From Clostridia bacterium (GTDB taxonomy: Bacteria; Bacillota; Clostridia; UMGS1883), in NCBI GenBank assembly GCA_051866635.1, contig JBJDXJ010000026.1:32001-96000 (forward strand): a stretch of DNA of 64,000 nt. The letters are read 5' to 3'. The notes beneath the pieces are model-generated. The model was given only the letters and a program-made list of their open reading frames with translations. It ran no database searches and was not told where the DNA came from. Position 1 is the stretch's first letter; each line of letters begins with the position of its first letter. The position numbers and the translations under genes are program-made. Of the stretch, positions 10,545-25,508 are shown one piece after another.

Positions 10545-11069
10545 TTAGTCTACCTCTGTTTCTGCATGTATAGCTTCACTTCGCACCATATTGGGTTCAA
10601 ACTCAAAAGTATCGCCTAAATAAAAGTGTCCGCCAAATTCTGCTTCACTGTCACCTTCAATATTAATCTTCACTTTTTCTACTCTCTCCAAATCACAAAG
10701 GGAATTTACAAGTGAGTAAATGGCAATACTTTCCCGCATTGTGCCGCCTGTGTTATATGTTCTGAATTCCTCTGACAAATCAATTGTACAAATACCGTTT
10801 TCTACAGATACTGACAAAACCTTAACATCACCGGAAATAGATGCATTAAGACCTTCCTTTGTGGGGCCTTTTATAACTTCACGGCAAATAGTCTCAACAA
10901 GATTTACAAGGTCATTAATATCTGCATTAATTTCCCTTATTTCCACATCATAGTACATGGAATCATCAGGAAAGTATAATTTGACACTTTCCGTTTTGTT
11001 TTCCTTCCTGCAACCTACAGCTGTCAAAACCAATAAAGCACACAATACTATAAATAAAAATTTTTTCAT
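10545..11069 (-). CDS. GerMN domain lipoprotein
   Basis: lipobox AVGC; KLYF, IKGP, IDLSEEF, YSLVNSL and VKINIEG motifs. Confidence 0.85.
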   Translation of the reverse strand: MKKFLFIVLCALLVLTAVGCRKENKTESVKLYFPDDSMYYDVEIREINADINDLVNLVETICREVIKGPTKEGLNASISGDVKVLSVSVENGICTIDLSEEFRTYNTGGTMRESIAIYSLVNSLCDLERVEKVKINIEGDSEAEFGGHFYLGDTFEFEPNMVRSEAIHAETEVD

Positions 11070-11131
11070 AATCACACACCCCTTCTTATACTAATTATAA
11101 CCTTATTTTCTATATATTGCAACAGGAAAAA

Positions 11132-11173
11132 AACTGCAAATTGTATACACCAAGATGCATACAATTTGCAGTT
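11132..11173 (-). terminator. intrinsic terminator
   Basis: AACTGCAAATTGTAT...ATACAATTTGCAGTT hairpin right after the stop codon. Confidence 0.75.
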
Positions 11174-11179
11174 TCTGTT

Positions 11180-14100
11180 CTACTCGGTAAGCTTCATATA
11201 ATCAACTTGGATTTCCCCTTCACCGTAAAAGGTCAGGAAAAATACTCTTTGCCTCATAACACCTTCCGGCTGTACATCAAATGCAATTTCCATCCATTCA
11301 CCATTTGTTGATGGAATAATGCCTGTAACAAAGGGTGCATAAACAGTATGCTCATTTTGAAGAACTACCCGTACTTCGCTTGTTGTTTTAACTTTTAAAA
11401 CAACCTTATTTCTTACTGACGGAGGATAATACCCGTTAGTTACGGCAATCTGTGTTCCCTTTTGGTCAAGTGATACTGTCACATAACCATCTTGCTTTTC
11501 TGCTTTGCCGTAGTTTAATGCAGTATAGGTTTCGATCTGCCATACAGTACTGCTTTCACCCATCTTTTCAAATTGGCTCATATCAACCTGTGCATCTTCA
11601 GGGGTGAAAAGCAAATCGGAAAAGCCTACATAAAAATCGTTCATCATGCCTTCGGGATAGTGGTATTCGTGTGCTTCTTTTAAGTAGCGATATTTTTCCT
11701 CATTCATATCAACTGCTTCTTCGTATTTGTAGTAATTGTACAAAATGCCGAAAGTGATATATATTGCACCTCGGTTTGTGTCGTTAATATCGCAGTACAA
11801 GCTTCCCACATCTATAGTGGGGTGTGAAACATCGTAGCCAAGGTTGTATTTGCCTATATAACTTGCCGCCTGAAGAAGCCTTTCGTCGGCAAAGCGGAAC
11901 ATATTAACTGCGTCCTCTTTTGTGGAATATTCACCTGTAACAGGGTCAACCTTTGTGCCCTGGCGGTAGGTCATCATTGCACATATTGACAGTGCACCTA
12001 CATTGCCGTAGGCGTGACCTTGGTCTCTGCCCATTTCTGCATGGACAAAGGTTGGTTCAATCTTATCGCCGTTCAATGCATCAAAATCCACTATGCGGAA
12101 CACCTGTGTTATTCCACCGCCGCTTCCTGTCATCGTGTTAATGCTTCCGCCGCCCTTTGAGTTTACAGTTGTTCGTTCAACTGCCGTTTTATAAAGCTCT
12201 GTATCATTTCTGAAAATCGCATTTGCCATAGTACCCATATTGCCTATACTGTGCTGATTCATCCAGTACCACCAGCAGTCGTGCTTTGGCTGTATGGTCT
12301 TAAGCATACCTACAAACTTTTCATTATCCGCATCTGTCCATTCAAGCATAGGATTTTCACAGCTCGTATATTTCATAAGCTCTGCCGCAAAAGTCATTTT
12401 AAAGGCAATTTCACCGTGGTCAATTCTGTCTGAGCCTAATGTTGTGTATACATCTCTCAGCTCTGACCACATTCTCAGTATTGTCATTGCATTACTGCGG
12501 TATGCTTCGTCACCTGTAATCACATACATAAGAGCTTGGTTTACAACACTTCTGGAATCCATGCTCATATTTTTAAGTCTGGCTTCGCTTTTTAATGCTG
12601 TAGTGTCGCCGTTTGAGTCGTAGGCGTATATTCTCACATTTTTATTTGTTGCGGCGGCAAGGTTATTAAAACTTGTAAGCCAAGGCTCTTTACCTTCTCT
12701 GACCTTTGTCTGCATACGTAAAATATCGTCTTTTGTAATTAAAACTCCGGGATGTACAAAGCCTTCTGTGCTGACCTCCTCATATACGGAAGGGATATAG
12801 TCCGTAAGGTATTCGCCTGCCGAATCTGCCTTGTCAGGTTGTACCAAAGTTTCCGTCTTTACTTTTGCAACTTTAAATACGGTCCAGTAGTAGGGACTAC
12901 TGCTCATTGTAAGGGTGCCGTTATAAGCCAGATAGTTTTTATTATCCCTTCCTTGAATAATAAAGCCATTTTCTGTTTCTTCAAAAATCCACTGTTCGTT
13001 TGTGCCTGCTCCCCCGTGCCAAAGTATAACATTTGCACCTATTTCTTTACTGCCCCCTGCAATATTCAGATTATGCCCTGTTTCACGGTTTACAAGGGTG
13101 TAGTATTTCCCTTCAATATTTGTAACAAGCCACTGCGCGTTACGGCGTGAGGAATTCCCTTCAAAGGCTATTTTATCAGTTGCCGCAAGGTATCCGTCCT
13201 TGCATCTTAGAACATAGTACCAATTATTATCAAGCTCAGCATATTTTTCATATGGGTCAACTGCTTCTTTTCCCATTTGCACCAGTGTATTTTCCGTTTC
13301 GATAATTTCCCAATCTGTAAAATCAGAAAGAGAATGAAGGGTAAAATCATCATTTAAAAACCATTCGGACTGGTAGCCGATTATACCTGTTTTACCCTTT
13401 GTTTCAACAACGTACCAAAGCTGATTCATGCTTTTTCCGCCCGAGTACAGTATAACTTTTGCACCTTTTTCCGTACTGAAGTTTTCAACGTCAAAGCATT
13501 TTCCGCTCTTTACGTTAAAAATTGCGTATGTATTATTCGTCTTGGGCGAAGGTGCAAACCGCCAAAGTGCACTATCATCTGCCGTTTCTTTTAATACGGC
13601 ACTGCCATCATTTTCTGCAAGGAATTTACCGCACGACTTTATGTAATATGTTTTATCAGTATCAATTTCTATTGCACTTTTGCGTATTTTGTCAATTTCC
13701 TCTTTTTCCAGTGTTGTTTCCTTTGCGGTAATCACTCCGTCAAATTCACCAACCACATATTCGTAGGATATTTCTTTTTCGCAATCGCCCGACTTTATGT
13801 GGGCAGTTAAAACTACATCCTGTAATTCTTTTTCAGAGGTAAAAATGCCTTCAACAGTCATCGCCTTATCGTTTGAGCTTGTCCATGTAACCGATGAATT
13901 TCCGTCATCAAAGGAATAATATGAAAAAGTGTTGTCATTATTCTTTTTCAAATAAACCCTTGCGGAAAGTGAGTCAACCTTTTTTTCGTCAGTTAAGTGT
14001 TTAAATGCAATTTCGTTAAGCTCCATTTTATCCAAAGCGAAAGGCACAAAGAAAAACTCGTCAATTGCACCGTTAAAATACTCTGTAGGTTCGGTGTTTT

Positions 14101-14692
14101 TGTTATAATAACCGATGAAGTTGTTTTTGGTTATACCCACATCTTTTATTCTGCCCAAAGCCTCTCCGGATGTAACCAATCTGCCATTTATATAAAGCTC
14201 AATATAATCACCACGCTGAACAGTTGCGTAATGCACCCATTCGCCCATTTTATACACGCCAAAGCTCGTAGCCTGACCGCCTCCGTTCATGACGGTTCCT
14301 GTTCTCACATTATTACTGCCTTCCCATTGCCAGGTGCCAAAATACAGACAGCTTCCCTCATCGTTTCCGAAGTCGTAAACTCTCTGCCACACATTAGGCT
14401 TAATATTGTCAAAGCGTACCCATCCGCCTATTGTGAAATCCTCCACACCTTCCCCAATGCCCTCGGGAAGTTCTAAATACGCATCAGTGCCGTTGAAAAG
14501 TCCTGCCTTACCTTCCAAGCCATCGGTGTATGTAAAATCGCCGTGCACCGTTACATTTTCCGGCACATTTTCTTCAAAATCAAGATAGATTATACTGTCT
14601 TGTTTTAAATCAAAGGTTTCATTGTCATTGGCAAATGCAAACACAGGTGCCGCCATTACCAATACCAAAATTAAAGAAATTAGTTTTTTCAT
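11180..14692 (-). CDS. secreted multidomain carbohydrate-active protein: LamG + Ig-like + 2 ricin-B lectin + alginate-lyase-like domain + CBM-like C-terminus
   Basis: signal peptide; LamG (WQRVYDFG, FNGAIDEF); ricin QxW repeats (NQLW, NAQW, NEQW); FVHPGV...EPW and EMGRDQGH motifs. Confidence 0.75.
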   Translation of the reverse strand: MKKLISLILVLVMAAPVFAFANDNETFDLKQDSIIYLDFEENVPENVTVHGDFTYTDGLEGKAGLFNGTDAYLELPEGIGEGVEDFTIGGWVRFDNIKPNVWQRVYDFGNDEGSCLYFGTWQWEGSNNVRTGTVMNGGGQATSFGVYKMGEWVHYATVQRGDYIELYINGRLVTSGEALGRIKDVGITKNNFIGYYNKNTEPTEYFNGAIDEFFFVPFALDKMELNEIAFKHLTDEKKVDSLSARVYLKKNNDNTFSYYSFDDGNSSVTWTSSNDKAMTVEGIFTSEKELQDVVLTAHIKSGDCEKEISYEYVVGEFDGVITAKETTLEKEEIDKIRKSAIEIDTDKTYYIKSCGKFLAENDGSAVLKETADDSALWRFAPSPKTNNTYAIFNVKSGKCFDVENFSTEKGAKVILYSGGKSMNQLWYVVETKGKTGIIGYQSEWFLNDDFTLHSLSDFTDWEIIETENTLVQMGKEAVDPYEKYAELDNNWYYVLRCKDGYLAATDKIAFEGNSSRRNAQWLVTNIEGKYYTLVNRETGHNLNIAGGSKEIGANVILWHGGAGTNEQWIFEETENGFIIQGRDNKNYLAYNGTLTMSSSPYYWTVFKVAKVKTETLVQPDKADSAGEYLTDYIPSVYEEVSTEGFVHPGVLITKDDILRMQTKVREGKEPWLTSFNNLAAATNKNVRIYAYDSNGDTTALKSEARLKNMSMDSRSVVNQALMYVITGDEAYRSNAMTILRMWSELRDVYTTLGSDRIDHGEIAFKMTFAAELMKYTSCENPMLEWTDADNEKFVGMLKTIQPKHDCWWYWMNQHSIGNMGTMANAIFRNDTELYKTAVERTTVNSKGGGSINTMTGSGGGITQVFRIVDFDALNGDKIEPTFVHAEMGRDQGHAYGNVGALSICAMMTYRQGTKVDPVTGEYSTKEDAVNMFRFADERLLQAASYIGKYNLGYDVSHPTIDVGSLYCDINDTNRGAIYITFGILYNYYKYEEAVDMNEEKYRYLKEAHEYHYPEGMMNDFYVGFSDLLFTPEDAQVDMSQFEKMGESSTVWQIETYTALNYGKAEKQDGYVTVSLDQKGTQIAVTNGYYPPSVRNKVVLKVKTTSEVRVVLQNEHTVYAPFVTGIIPSTNGEWMEIAFDVQPEGVMRQRVFFLTFYGEGEIQVDYMKLTE

Positions 14693-14753
14693 GCTATCGC
14701 CTCCTTTTTATATTTTACCATAGCTACTCTATGTTTCAATATCCTATTTACAC

Positions 14754-19827
<5,074 letters not shown>

Positions 19828-19953
19828 TTATTCTCCGCCTTTCGTTTTTAAGCATACAGCTGTAAGCTATCGATTTTATTCTACATATAATCGCTCTATT
19901 TTTCAACCTCTGTTTTTCATTTTAAATGCACCTTTTTGTAATATTACACGCAA

Positions 19954-19979
19954 AAACGGACGGCTTTCGCCGTCCGTTT
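19954..19979 (-). terminator. intrinsic terminator of nifJ
   Basis: AAACGGACGGC-TTTC-GCCGTCCGTTT. Confidence 0.8.
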
Positions 19980-19997
19980 AGAGTCAGTCGTTTTAAA

Positions 19998-22900
19998 TTA
20001 GTTCTGTTCTGCCAGCTTTGCAAGCTTTGCGTACTTTTCCTTTGCAGTCTTTTCAGCAAATGCAAAGAGTTCTTTTGCTCTTTCGGGGTTGCTTCTTGCA
20101 AGAGAAGAATATCTTACTTCGTTCATGATAAATTCTTCATAGCTTGCCTTAGGCTCCTTGCTGTCAAGCTGGAAGGGGTTCTTGCCTTCTTCTGCAAGAC
20201 GAGGATCGTAACGGAAGAGGTGCCAGTAGCCTGCTTCAACAGCTCTCTTTTCTTCTGCCTGAGCCGCTGTCATGCCACCCTTGATACCGTGGTTGATACA
20301 AGGTGCGTAGCAGATTACCAAGGAGGGACCGTCATAGCTTTCAGCTTCGATAAATGCCTTCAAGCACTGTGCAGGGTTAGCACCCATAGCAACCTGTGCT
20401 GTGTATACATAGCCGTAGCTCATTGCGATAGCAGCTAAATCCTTTTTCTTAACCTCTTTACCTGCAGCGGCAAACTGTGCAATAGCACCTGTAGGTGTAG
20501 CCTTGGAAGCCTGACCGCCTGTGTTCGAGTAAACTTCTGTATCAAATACTACAACATTTACATCCTGATGAGATGCGATAACATGGTCCAAGCCACCGAA
20601 ACCGATATCGTAAGCCCAACCGTCACCGCCGAAGATGTATACACTCTTCTTGGAGAGGTATTCTTTCTTCTTAAGAATTTCTTCAGCTTCGGGAGTACCC
20701 ATCTTTGTAAGAACTTCAACAAGCTCTGCTGCGGCTACCTTGTTTGCACTGCCGTCTGTCTTAGTTACCAAGTATTTATCAATAACAGCCTTTGCAGAAT
20801 CATCTGCTGTTTCCTTAACAGCTTCAACCTTCTTAATAAGCTGTTCACGGAGTGTGTTCTGTGCCAAGAACATACCGTAACCGTATTCAGCATTATCTTC
20901 AAAGAGGCTGTTAGCCCATGCAGGACCTCTGCCTTCCTTGTTAGTTGTGTAAGGAGTTGCCGGTGCACTACCGCCCCAGATAGAGGAACAGCCTGTTGCA
21001 TTGGCAATATACATTCTGTCGCCGCAAAGCTGTGTAACAAGTTTTGCATAAGGTGTTTCACCACAGCCTGCACAAGCACCGGAGAATTCAAGATAAGGCT
21101 GTCTGAGCTGACTGCCCTTAACTGTTGTTATCTTAAACTTGTCAAGAACTTCCTGTTTGTCGGGAAGTGTTACAGCATAGTCAAAGCTTGCCTGAGTGGG
21201 AAGCTGTTCTTCAAGAGGCTTCATTTCAAGACACTTAGCAGGACATACAGATGCACAAGCACCACAACCTGTACAGTCAAGCACGCTTACTGCAATACCG
21301 AAATTCATGCCGTCAAGCTGTTTCATACCAACATACTTCATACCTTCGGGAGCATTCTTTGCTTCTTCATCAGTAAGAGCTACGGGACGGATACAAGCAT
21401 GGGGACATACGTAAGAACACATAGTACACTGCAAGCACTTATCCTTTTCCCATGTGGGAACATCAATTGCAATGCCACGCTTTTCGTAAGCCGCACTGCC
21501 GAGGGGAACTTCACCATTTACATACTTTTCAAATGCACTTACGGGAAGTTTGCTACCTGCAAAGGAGTTAATAGGCATAAGGATCTCGTTTACATAGTCA
21601 ACAAGTCTGCCTTCACCCTTAACAGGTTCAGTGAGAACTTCGTCCTTAGCGTCCTTCCAATAATCGGGAACATCAATTTTAACAACCTTTTCGGCACCTG
21701 CATCGATGGCGTCATGGTTCATCTTAACAATTGCGTCGCCCTTCTTGGAGTAAGAAGCCGTTGCAGCGTCCTTCATATACTTAATTGCATCTTCAGCAGG
21801 GATAATGTCAGCTAACTTAAAGAATGCAGACTGCAAAACAGTATTAATTCTGTTTCCGAGACCTATTTCCTTGCCGATAGCAATACCGTCAATTACATAG
21901 AAACGGATATTGTTTTCTGCAATATAACGCTTAACCTGACCGGGGATATGTTTGTCAAGCTCTTCAATTGTAAGCCAAGGACAGTTCAAAAGGAACACAC
22001 CGCCGGGCTTAACGTCTGAAACCATATCGTACTTTCTGATGTAAGATGCCTTATGGCAAGCAACAAAGTCAGCTTTGTTGATAAGATATGTGGAAGTAAT
22101 CTTAGCGTTACCAAATCTCAGGTGAGAAACAGTAAGACCGCCTGACTTTTTAGAGTCATAGTCAAAGTAAGCCTGAACGTTCATATCTGTATGGTCACCG
22201 ATAATCTTTACAGAGTTCTTGTTTGCACCTACAGTACCGTCGGCACCCAATCCCCAGAACTTACAGCTTGTAATATCCTTTGGAGTTGTGTCGGGATTTT
22301 CTTCAATTTTAAGAGATGTATGGGTTACATCATCTTCAATACCGATTGTAAATCTTCTCTTTTCAGTATTCTTAAATGCGGCAATAATCTGAGCAGGAGT
22401 TGTGTCCTTACTTGCAAGGCCATATCTGCCGCCGTAAAGCTGTGCAGACTGGAAGGGAGTGCCTACCAAAGAAGCACACACATCAAGGTATAAGGGCTCA
22501 CCTACACTGCCTGCTTCCTTAGTTCTGTCCAGAACAACAATTTTCTTAACAGTTTCGGGAATTACAGCTGTAAAATGCTTTGCGGAGAAGGGACGGTAAA
22601 GTCTTACCTTAATAACACCAACCTTGCTGCCGTTTGCATTCATATAGTCAACAGTTTCACATATTGTATCGCACACACTGCCCATAGCAACAATTACAGT
22701 CTCCGCATCGGGTGCACCGTAATAGTTAAAGAGCTTATAATCTGTTCCGATTTTTGCGTTTACCTTATCCATATAGCTCTGGCAGATTTCGGGAACAGCA
22801 TCATAATACTTGTTAGATGCCTCTCTCGCCTGGAAGAAAACATCAGGGTTCTGTGCTGTACCACGCTGTGCAGGGTGTTCAGGGTTAAGGCTTCTCTTTC

Positions 22901-23510
22901 TGAACTCGTCAATCTTGTCAAAGGGTGTGATGTCCATAAGGTCCTCGTTAGACCAGCAAGCAACCTTCTGATATTCGTGGCTTGTTCTGAAACCGTCAAA
23001 GAAATGAATGAAAGGCACACTTGCTTCAAGTGTTGTAAGATGAGCAACAGCACCTAAATCCATAGCTTCCTGAGGATTTGTAGATGCAAGCATTGCATAT
23101 CCGGTCTGACGGCAGGCATATATATCCTGGTGGTCACCGAAAATAGAAAGTGCATGGCTTGCCAACGCTCTTGCAGATACATTGATAACAGACGGCAAAA
23201 GTTCGCCTGCTATTTTGTACATATTAGGTATCATAAGGAGCAAGCCCTGTGATGCCGTATAAGTAGTAGTAAGTGCACCTGCTGTAAGTGAACCGTGAAC
23301 TGCACCTGCCGCACCTGCTTCAGACTGCATTTCAGCAATTTTTACAGTATTACCGAATAAGTTTGTCTTTCCCTCCGTTGCCCACTTATCTGTAACTTCA
23401 GCCATTGTGGAAGACGGAGTAATGGGATAGATAGCCGCAACATCAGTAAAAGCATATGATGCCCATGCTGCTGCGTTGTTACCATCCATGGTTTTCATTT
23501 TTCTTGCCAT
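19998..23510 (-). CDS. nifJ: pyruvate:ferredoxin (flavodoxin) oxidoreductase
   Basis: YPITPSS, EMQSEAGAAG, two CxxCxxCxxxCP motifs, FSGACAGCGE and GGDGWAYDIG. Confidence 0.98.
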   Translation of the reverse strand: MARKMKTMDGNNAAAWASYAFTDVAAIYPITPSSTMAEVTDKWATEGKTNLFGNTVKIAEMQSEAGAAGAVHGSLTAGALTTTYTASQGLLLMIPNMYKIAGELLPSVINVSARALASHALSIFGDHQDIYACRQTGYAMLASTNPQEAMDLGAVAHLTTLEASVPFIHFFDGFRTSHEYQKVACWSNEDLMDITPFDKIDEFRKRSLNPEHPAQRGTAQNPDVFFQAREASNKYYDAVPEICQSYMDKVNAKIGTDYKLFNYYGAPDAETVIVAMGSVCDTICETVDYMNANGSKVGVIKVRLYRPFSAKHFTAVIPETVKKIVVLDRTKEAGSVGEPLYLDVCASLVGTPFQSAQLYGGRYGLASKDTTPAQIIAAFKNTEKRRFTIGIEDDVTHTSLKIEENPDTTPKDITSCKFWGLGADGTVGANKNSVKIIGDHTDMNVQAYFDYDSKKSGGLTVSHLRFGNAKITSTYLINKADFVACHKASYIRKYDMVSDVKPGGVFLLNCPWLTIEELDKHIPGQVKRYIAENNIRFYVIDGIAIGKEIGLGNRINTVLQSAFFKLADIIPAEDAIKYMKDAATASYSKKGDAIVKMNHDAIDAGAEKVVKIDVPDYWKDAKDEVLTEPVKGEGRLVDYVNEILMPINSFAGSKLPVSAFEKYVNGEVPLGSAAYEKRGIAIDVPTWEKDKCLQCTMCSYVCPHACIRPVALTDEEAKNAPEGMKYVGMKQLDGMNFGIAVSVLDCTGCGACASVCPAKCLEMKPLEEQLPTQASFDYAVTLPDKQEVLDKFKITTVKGSQLRQPYLEFSGACAGCGETPYAKLVTQLCGDRMYIANATGCSSIWGGSAPATPYTTNKEGRGPAWANSLFEDNAEYGYGMFLAQNTLREQLIKKVEAVKETADDSAKAVIDKYLVTKTDGSANKVAAAELVEVLTKMGTPEAEEILKKKEYLSKKSVYIFGGDGWAYDIGFGGLDHVIASHQDVNVVVFDTEVYSNTGGQASKATPTGAIAQFAAAGKEVKKKDLAAIAMSYGYVYTAQVAMGANPAQCLKAFIEAESYDGPSLVICYAPCINHGIKGGMTAAQAEEKRAVEAGYWHLFRYDPRLAEEGKNPFQLDSKEPKASYEEFIMNEVRYSSLARSNPERAKELFAFAEKTAKEKYAKLAKLAEQN

Positions 23511-23642
23511 TTTGTATTCCTCCTTATATTTAAACGAATTTTGTTATCTCTACTTATAATACCTCTTTTACGCCTATCAGTCAAGCATCTTTTATGAAAA
23601 AATGGCAGAAAATCTTTGAATTTCCTGCCATTTTTGTGCATT

Positions 23643-24665
23643 TTAGTTAAATTTATAGATTTTCTGTGCCAATCTGTAAAGACTGACTGTGAGCTTTCTT
23701 CCCTGATAACCGGGAAAAGAAGATATTACATTTAACGAGCGATACTTCAGAGTTGCATAAAGATGTGCATCTTTTTCCTTTATATACTCCCACAGCTTTT
23801 CCTTTTTCTCAATATTTTCCTGACCGTCTGCAATGTAGAGGAAAATAGTTGACACAACCATCATCATGGAAAGAGACGAGAACATGTTTTTATACAACAC
23901 GTGACTTTGTTCTTTTACCTTGTTTAAATCGTGACAATCAAGCATTATGTAAGTAATCTTAACCTGTTGGTCAACCCTTGATGCCATAACCTTTTCATTT
24001 ACGCTCTGATCGCTTCTGCCTATATAATAACGGTACATATCTGTATTTATGTAATATATGCTTTTAACATAAGGAAGAGGATAATAAACATATATATTAT
24101 CCACATAGAACGTATGCTCCGGAAGGGAAAGGTTACAATCAATAAGCATCTCCCTCCTGTATGTCACCGCATGCATCATAAGATATTGGCTTGTTTTTAG
24201 CCCCTTTGTTTCCTCCCATGTGCATACCTTTTCAACAGGGAAAACGCTTGTATAACGCATAATTTTGCTGGAATCGTCCTCTACATGTTCATACACATAA
24301 TTTGTGGCAATCATGTCGGGAATAATATTGTCTTTTGTGAGTTCTCTTATCTTATTAAGATATAACAAAAGTGACGCCTCATCAACCCAGTCATCAGAGT
24401 CCACCACCTTATAATAAAGTCCTGTTGCCTGACTAAGTCCTGTATTAACGGCACCGCCGTGGCCCTTATTTTCCTGGTGTATAGCCCTGACAACAGATGG
24501 ATATTTTGCCGCATATTCATCTGCAATACGTCCTGTATCATCCTTTGAGCCATCATTTACAATAAGTATTTCAACATCGTCTCCGCCTTTTAACAACGAT
24601 TGTATGCATCTGTCCATGTATTCTGCCGAATTATAGCACGGTACAGCAAAAGATACTAATTTCAT
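23643..24665 (-). CDS. glycosyltransferase family 2
   Basis: VPCYNS, VNDGSKD and VDSDDW motifs. Confidence 0.92.
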   Translation of the reverse strand: MKLVSFAVPCYNSAEYMDRCIQSLLKGGDDVEILIVNDGSKDDTGRIADEYAAKYPSVVRAIHQENKGHGGAVNTGLSQATGLYYKVVDSDDWVDEASLLLYLNKIRELTKDNIIPDMIATNYVYEHVEDDSSKIMRYTSVFPVEKVCTWEETKGLKTSQYLMMHAVTYRREMLIDCNLSLPEHTFYVDNIYVYYPLPYVKSIYYINTDMYRYYIGRSDQSVNEKVMASRVDQQVKITYIMLDCHDLNKVKEQSHVLYKNMFSSLSMMMVVSTIFLYIADGQENIEKKEKLWEYIKEKDAHLYATLKYRSLNVISSFPGYQGRKLTVSLYRLAQKIYKFN

Positions 24666-24741
24666 ACATATTCCCTCTTTCTTTGTTGTAGCTTTATATT
24701 ACCACTTTCCTGTAATATTGTCAAAGTTTTTTATTGAGCAC

Positions 24742-24770
24742 TTGACATACACATAGCTTTAGGGTATACT
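24742..24770 (+). promoter_or_regulatory. sigma-A promoter of queT
   Basis: TTGACA-N17-TATACT. Confidence 0.85.
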
Positions 24771-24782
24771 AAAGTCAATAAC

Positions 24783-24820
24783 TGACAGTTCGAAACCATC
24801 CTGTCATTAAACAAAACTAT
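24783..24820 (+). ncRNA. preQ1 class I riboswitch aptamer (type I-like)
   Basis: UGACAG-UUCGAAACCAUC-CUGUCA stem-loop followed by an A-rich tail AAACAAAACUA; upstream of queT. Confidence 0.88.
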
Positions 24821-24834
24821 GGATTTGCAAAAGT

Positions 24835-24867
24835 AGGATGGGTATTTTATGCCCATCTTTTTCTTTT
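24835..24867 (+). terminator. riboswitch expression-platform terminator
   Basis: GATGGGTAT-TTT-ATGCCCATC followed by a T-run, upstream of the queT RBS. Confidence 0.8.
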
Positions 24868-24891
24868 GTCGTCCCAAAAGGAGTAAAAAAC

Positions 24892-25398
24892 ATGAAAATC
24901 AATGCAAAACATCTTTCCCGCGGTGCGATCATCGCAGCACTTTATGTAGTTCTTTGTGTCTTGTTCAGACCAATCAGCTACGGTCCCATTCAGCTTCGTA
25001 TTTCCGAAGCACTTTGCGTGCTTCCCATTCTTATGCCGGAAGCCTCCTTAGGGCTTTTTGCAGGTTGCTTTATATCAAACCTTTTAGGCGGAACATCAGT
25101 GGCACTGCTTGATATGGTGTTAGGTTCTTTAACAACACTTTCTGCCGCAATTCTCACAAGAAGAATACACAACAAATCAGGAAATGCCGTTTTATCCCTT
25201 CTTCCCCCTGTTCTCCTCAATGCAATTATTGTGGGTACATACGTACCGTTTTTATATGCAGACCCTTCCATGGATGCAACAGCATTAATTGTTCTCTCCA
25301 GTATAGTCACTGTGGGTATCGGTGAAGCCTTGGTTATTTACATTTTGGGACTGCCTTTATGTAAATGCCTTCAAAAATCCAAAATTTTCAAATCGTAA
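24892..25398 (+). CDS. queT: QueT family queuosine-precursor transporter (ECF S component)
   Basis: AIIAALYVVL...ISYGPIQLRISEALCVLP; AAGGAG RBS; upstream preQ1 riboswitch. Confidence 0.9.
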   Translation: MKINAKHLSRGAIIAALYVVLCVLFRPISYGPIQLRISEALCVLPILMPEASLGLFAGCFISNLLGGTSVALLDMVLGSLTTLSAAILTRRIHNKSGNAVLSLLPPVLLNAIIVGTYVPFLYADPSMDATALIVLSSIVTVGIGEALVIYILGLPLCKCLQKSKIFKS

Positions 25399-25437
25399 CA
25401 TTTTGTTAATTTTTATTTAACAATTAGCCCCGAGCCA

Positions 25438-25466
25438 TTGACTTGGGGCTTTTTTTAGTGTATTAT
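25438..25466 (+). promoter_or_regulatory. sigma-A promoter overlapping the queT terminator
   Basis: TTGACT-N17-TATTAT; the AGCCCC...GGGGCT-T-run hairpin surrounds the -35 element. Confidence 0.6.
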
Positions 25467-25508
25467 ATGATTAGTAAATGTATTTCTTTTTTTCAGGAGG
25501 TAAAAAGT

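Noticed and set aside
20568-21815. 415-aa plus-strand ORF, and similar shadow ORFs such as 33872-34648 and 2219-2761
   Set aside because: They are antisense to well-supported genes (nifJ, sbcC, ackA), have no recognisable motifs, and are explained by codon bias.
24838-24891. N-terminal extensions given in the ORF track (queT, hup, sbcD, XRE, NlpC/P60, 27328 ORF)
   Set aside because: They overlap regulatory DNA; downstream starts have proper RBSs and match family N-termini.
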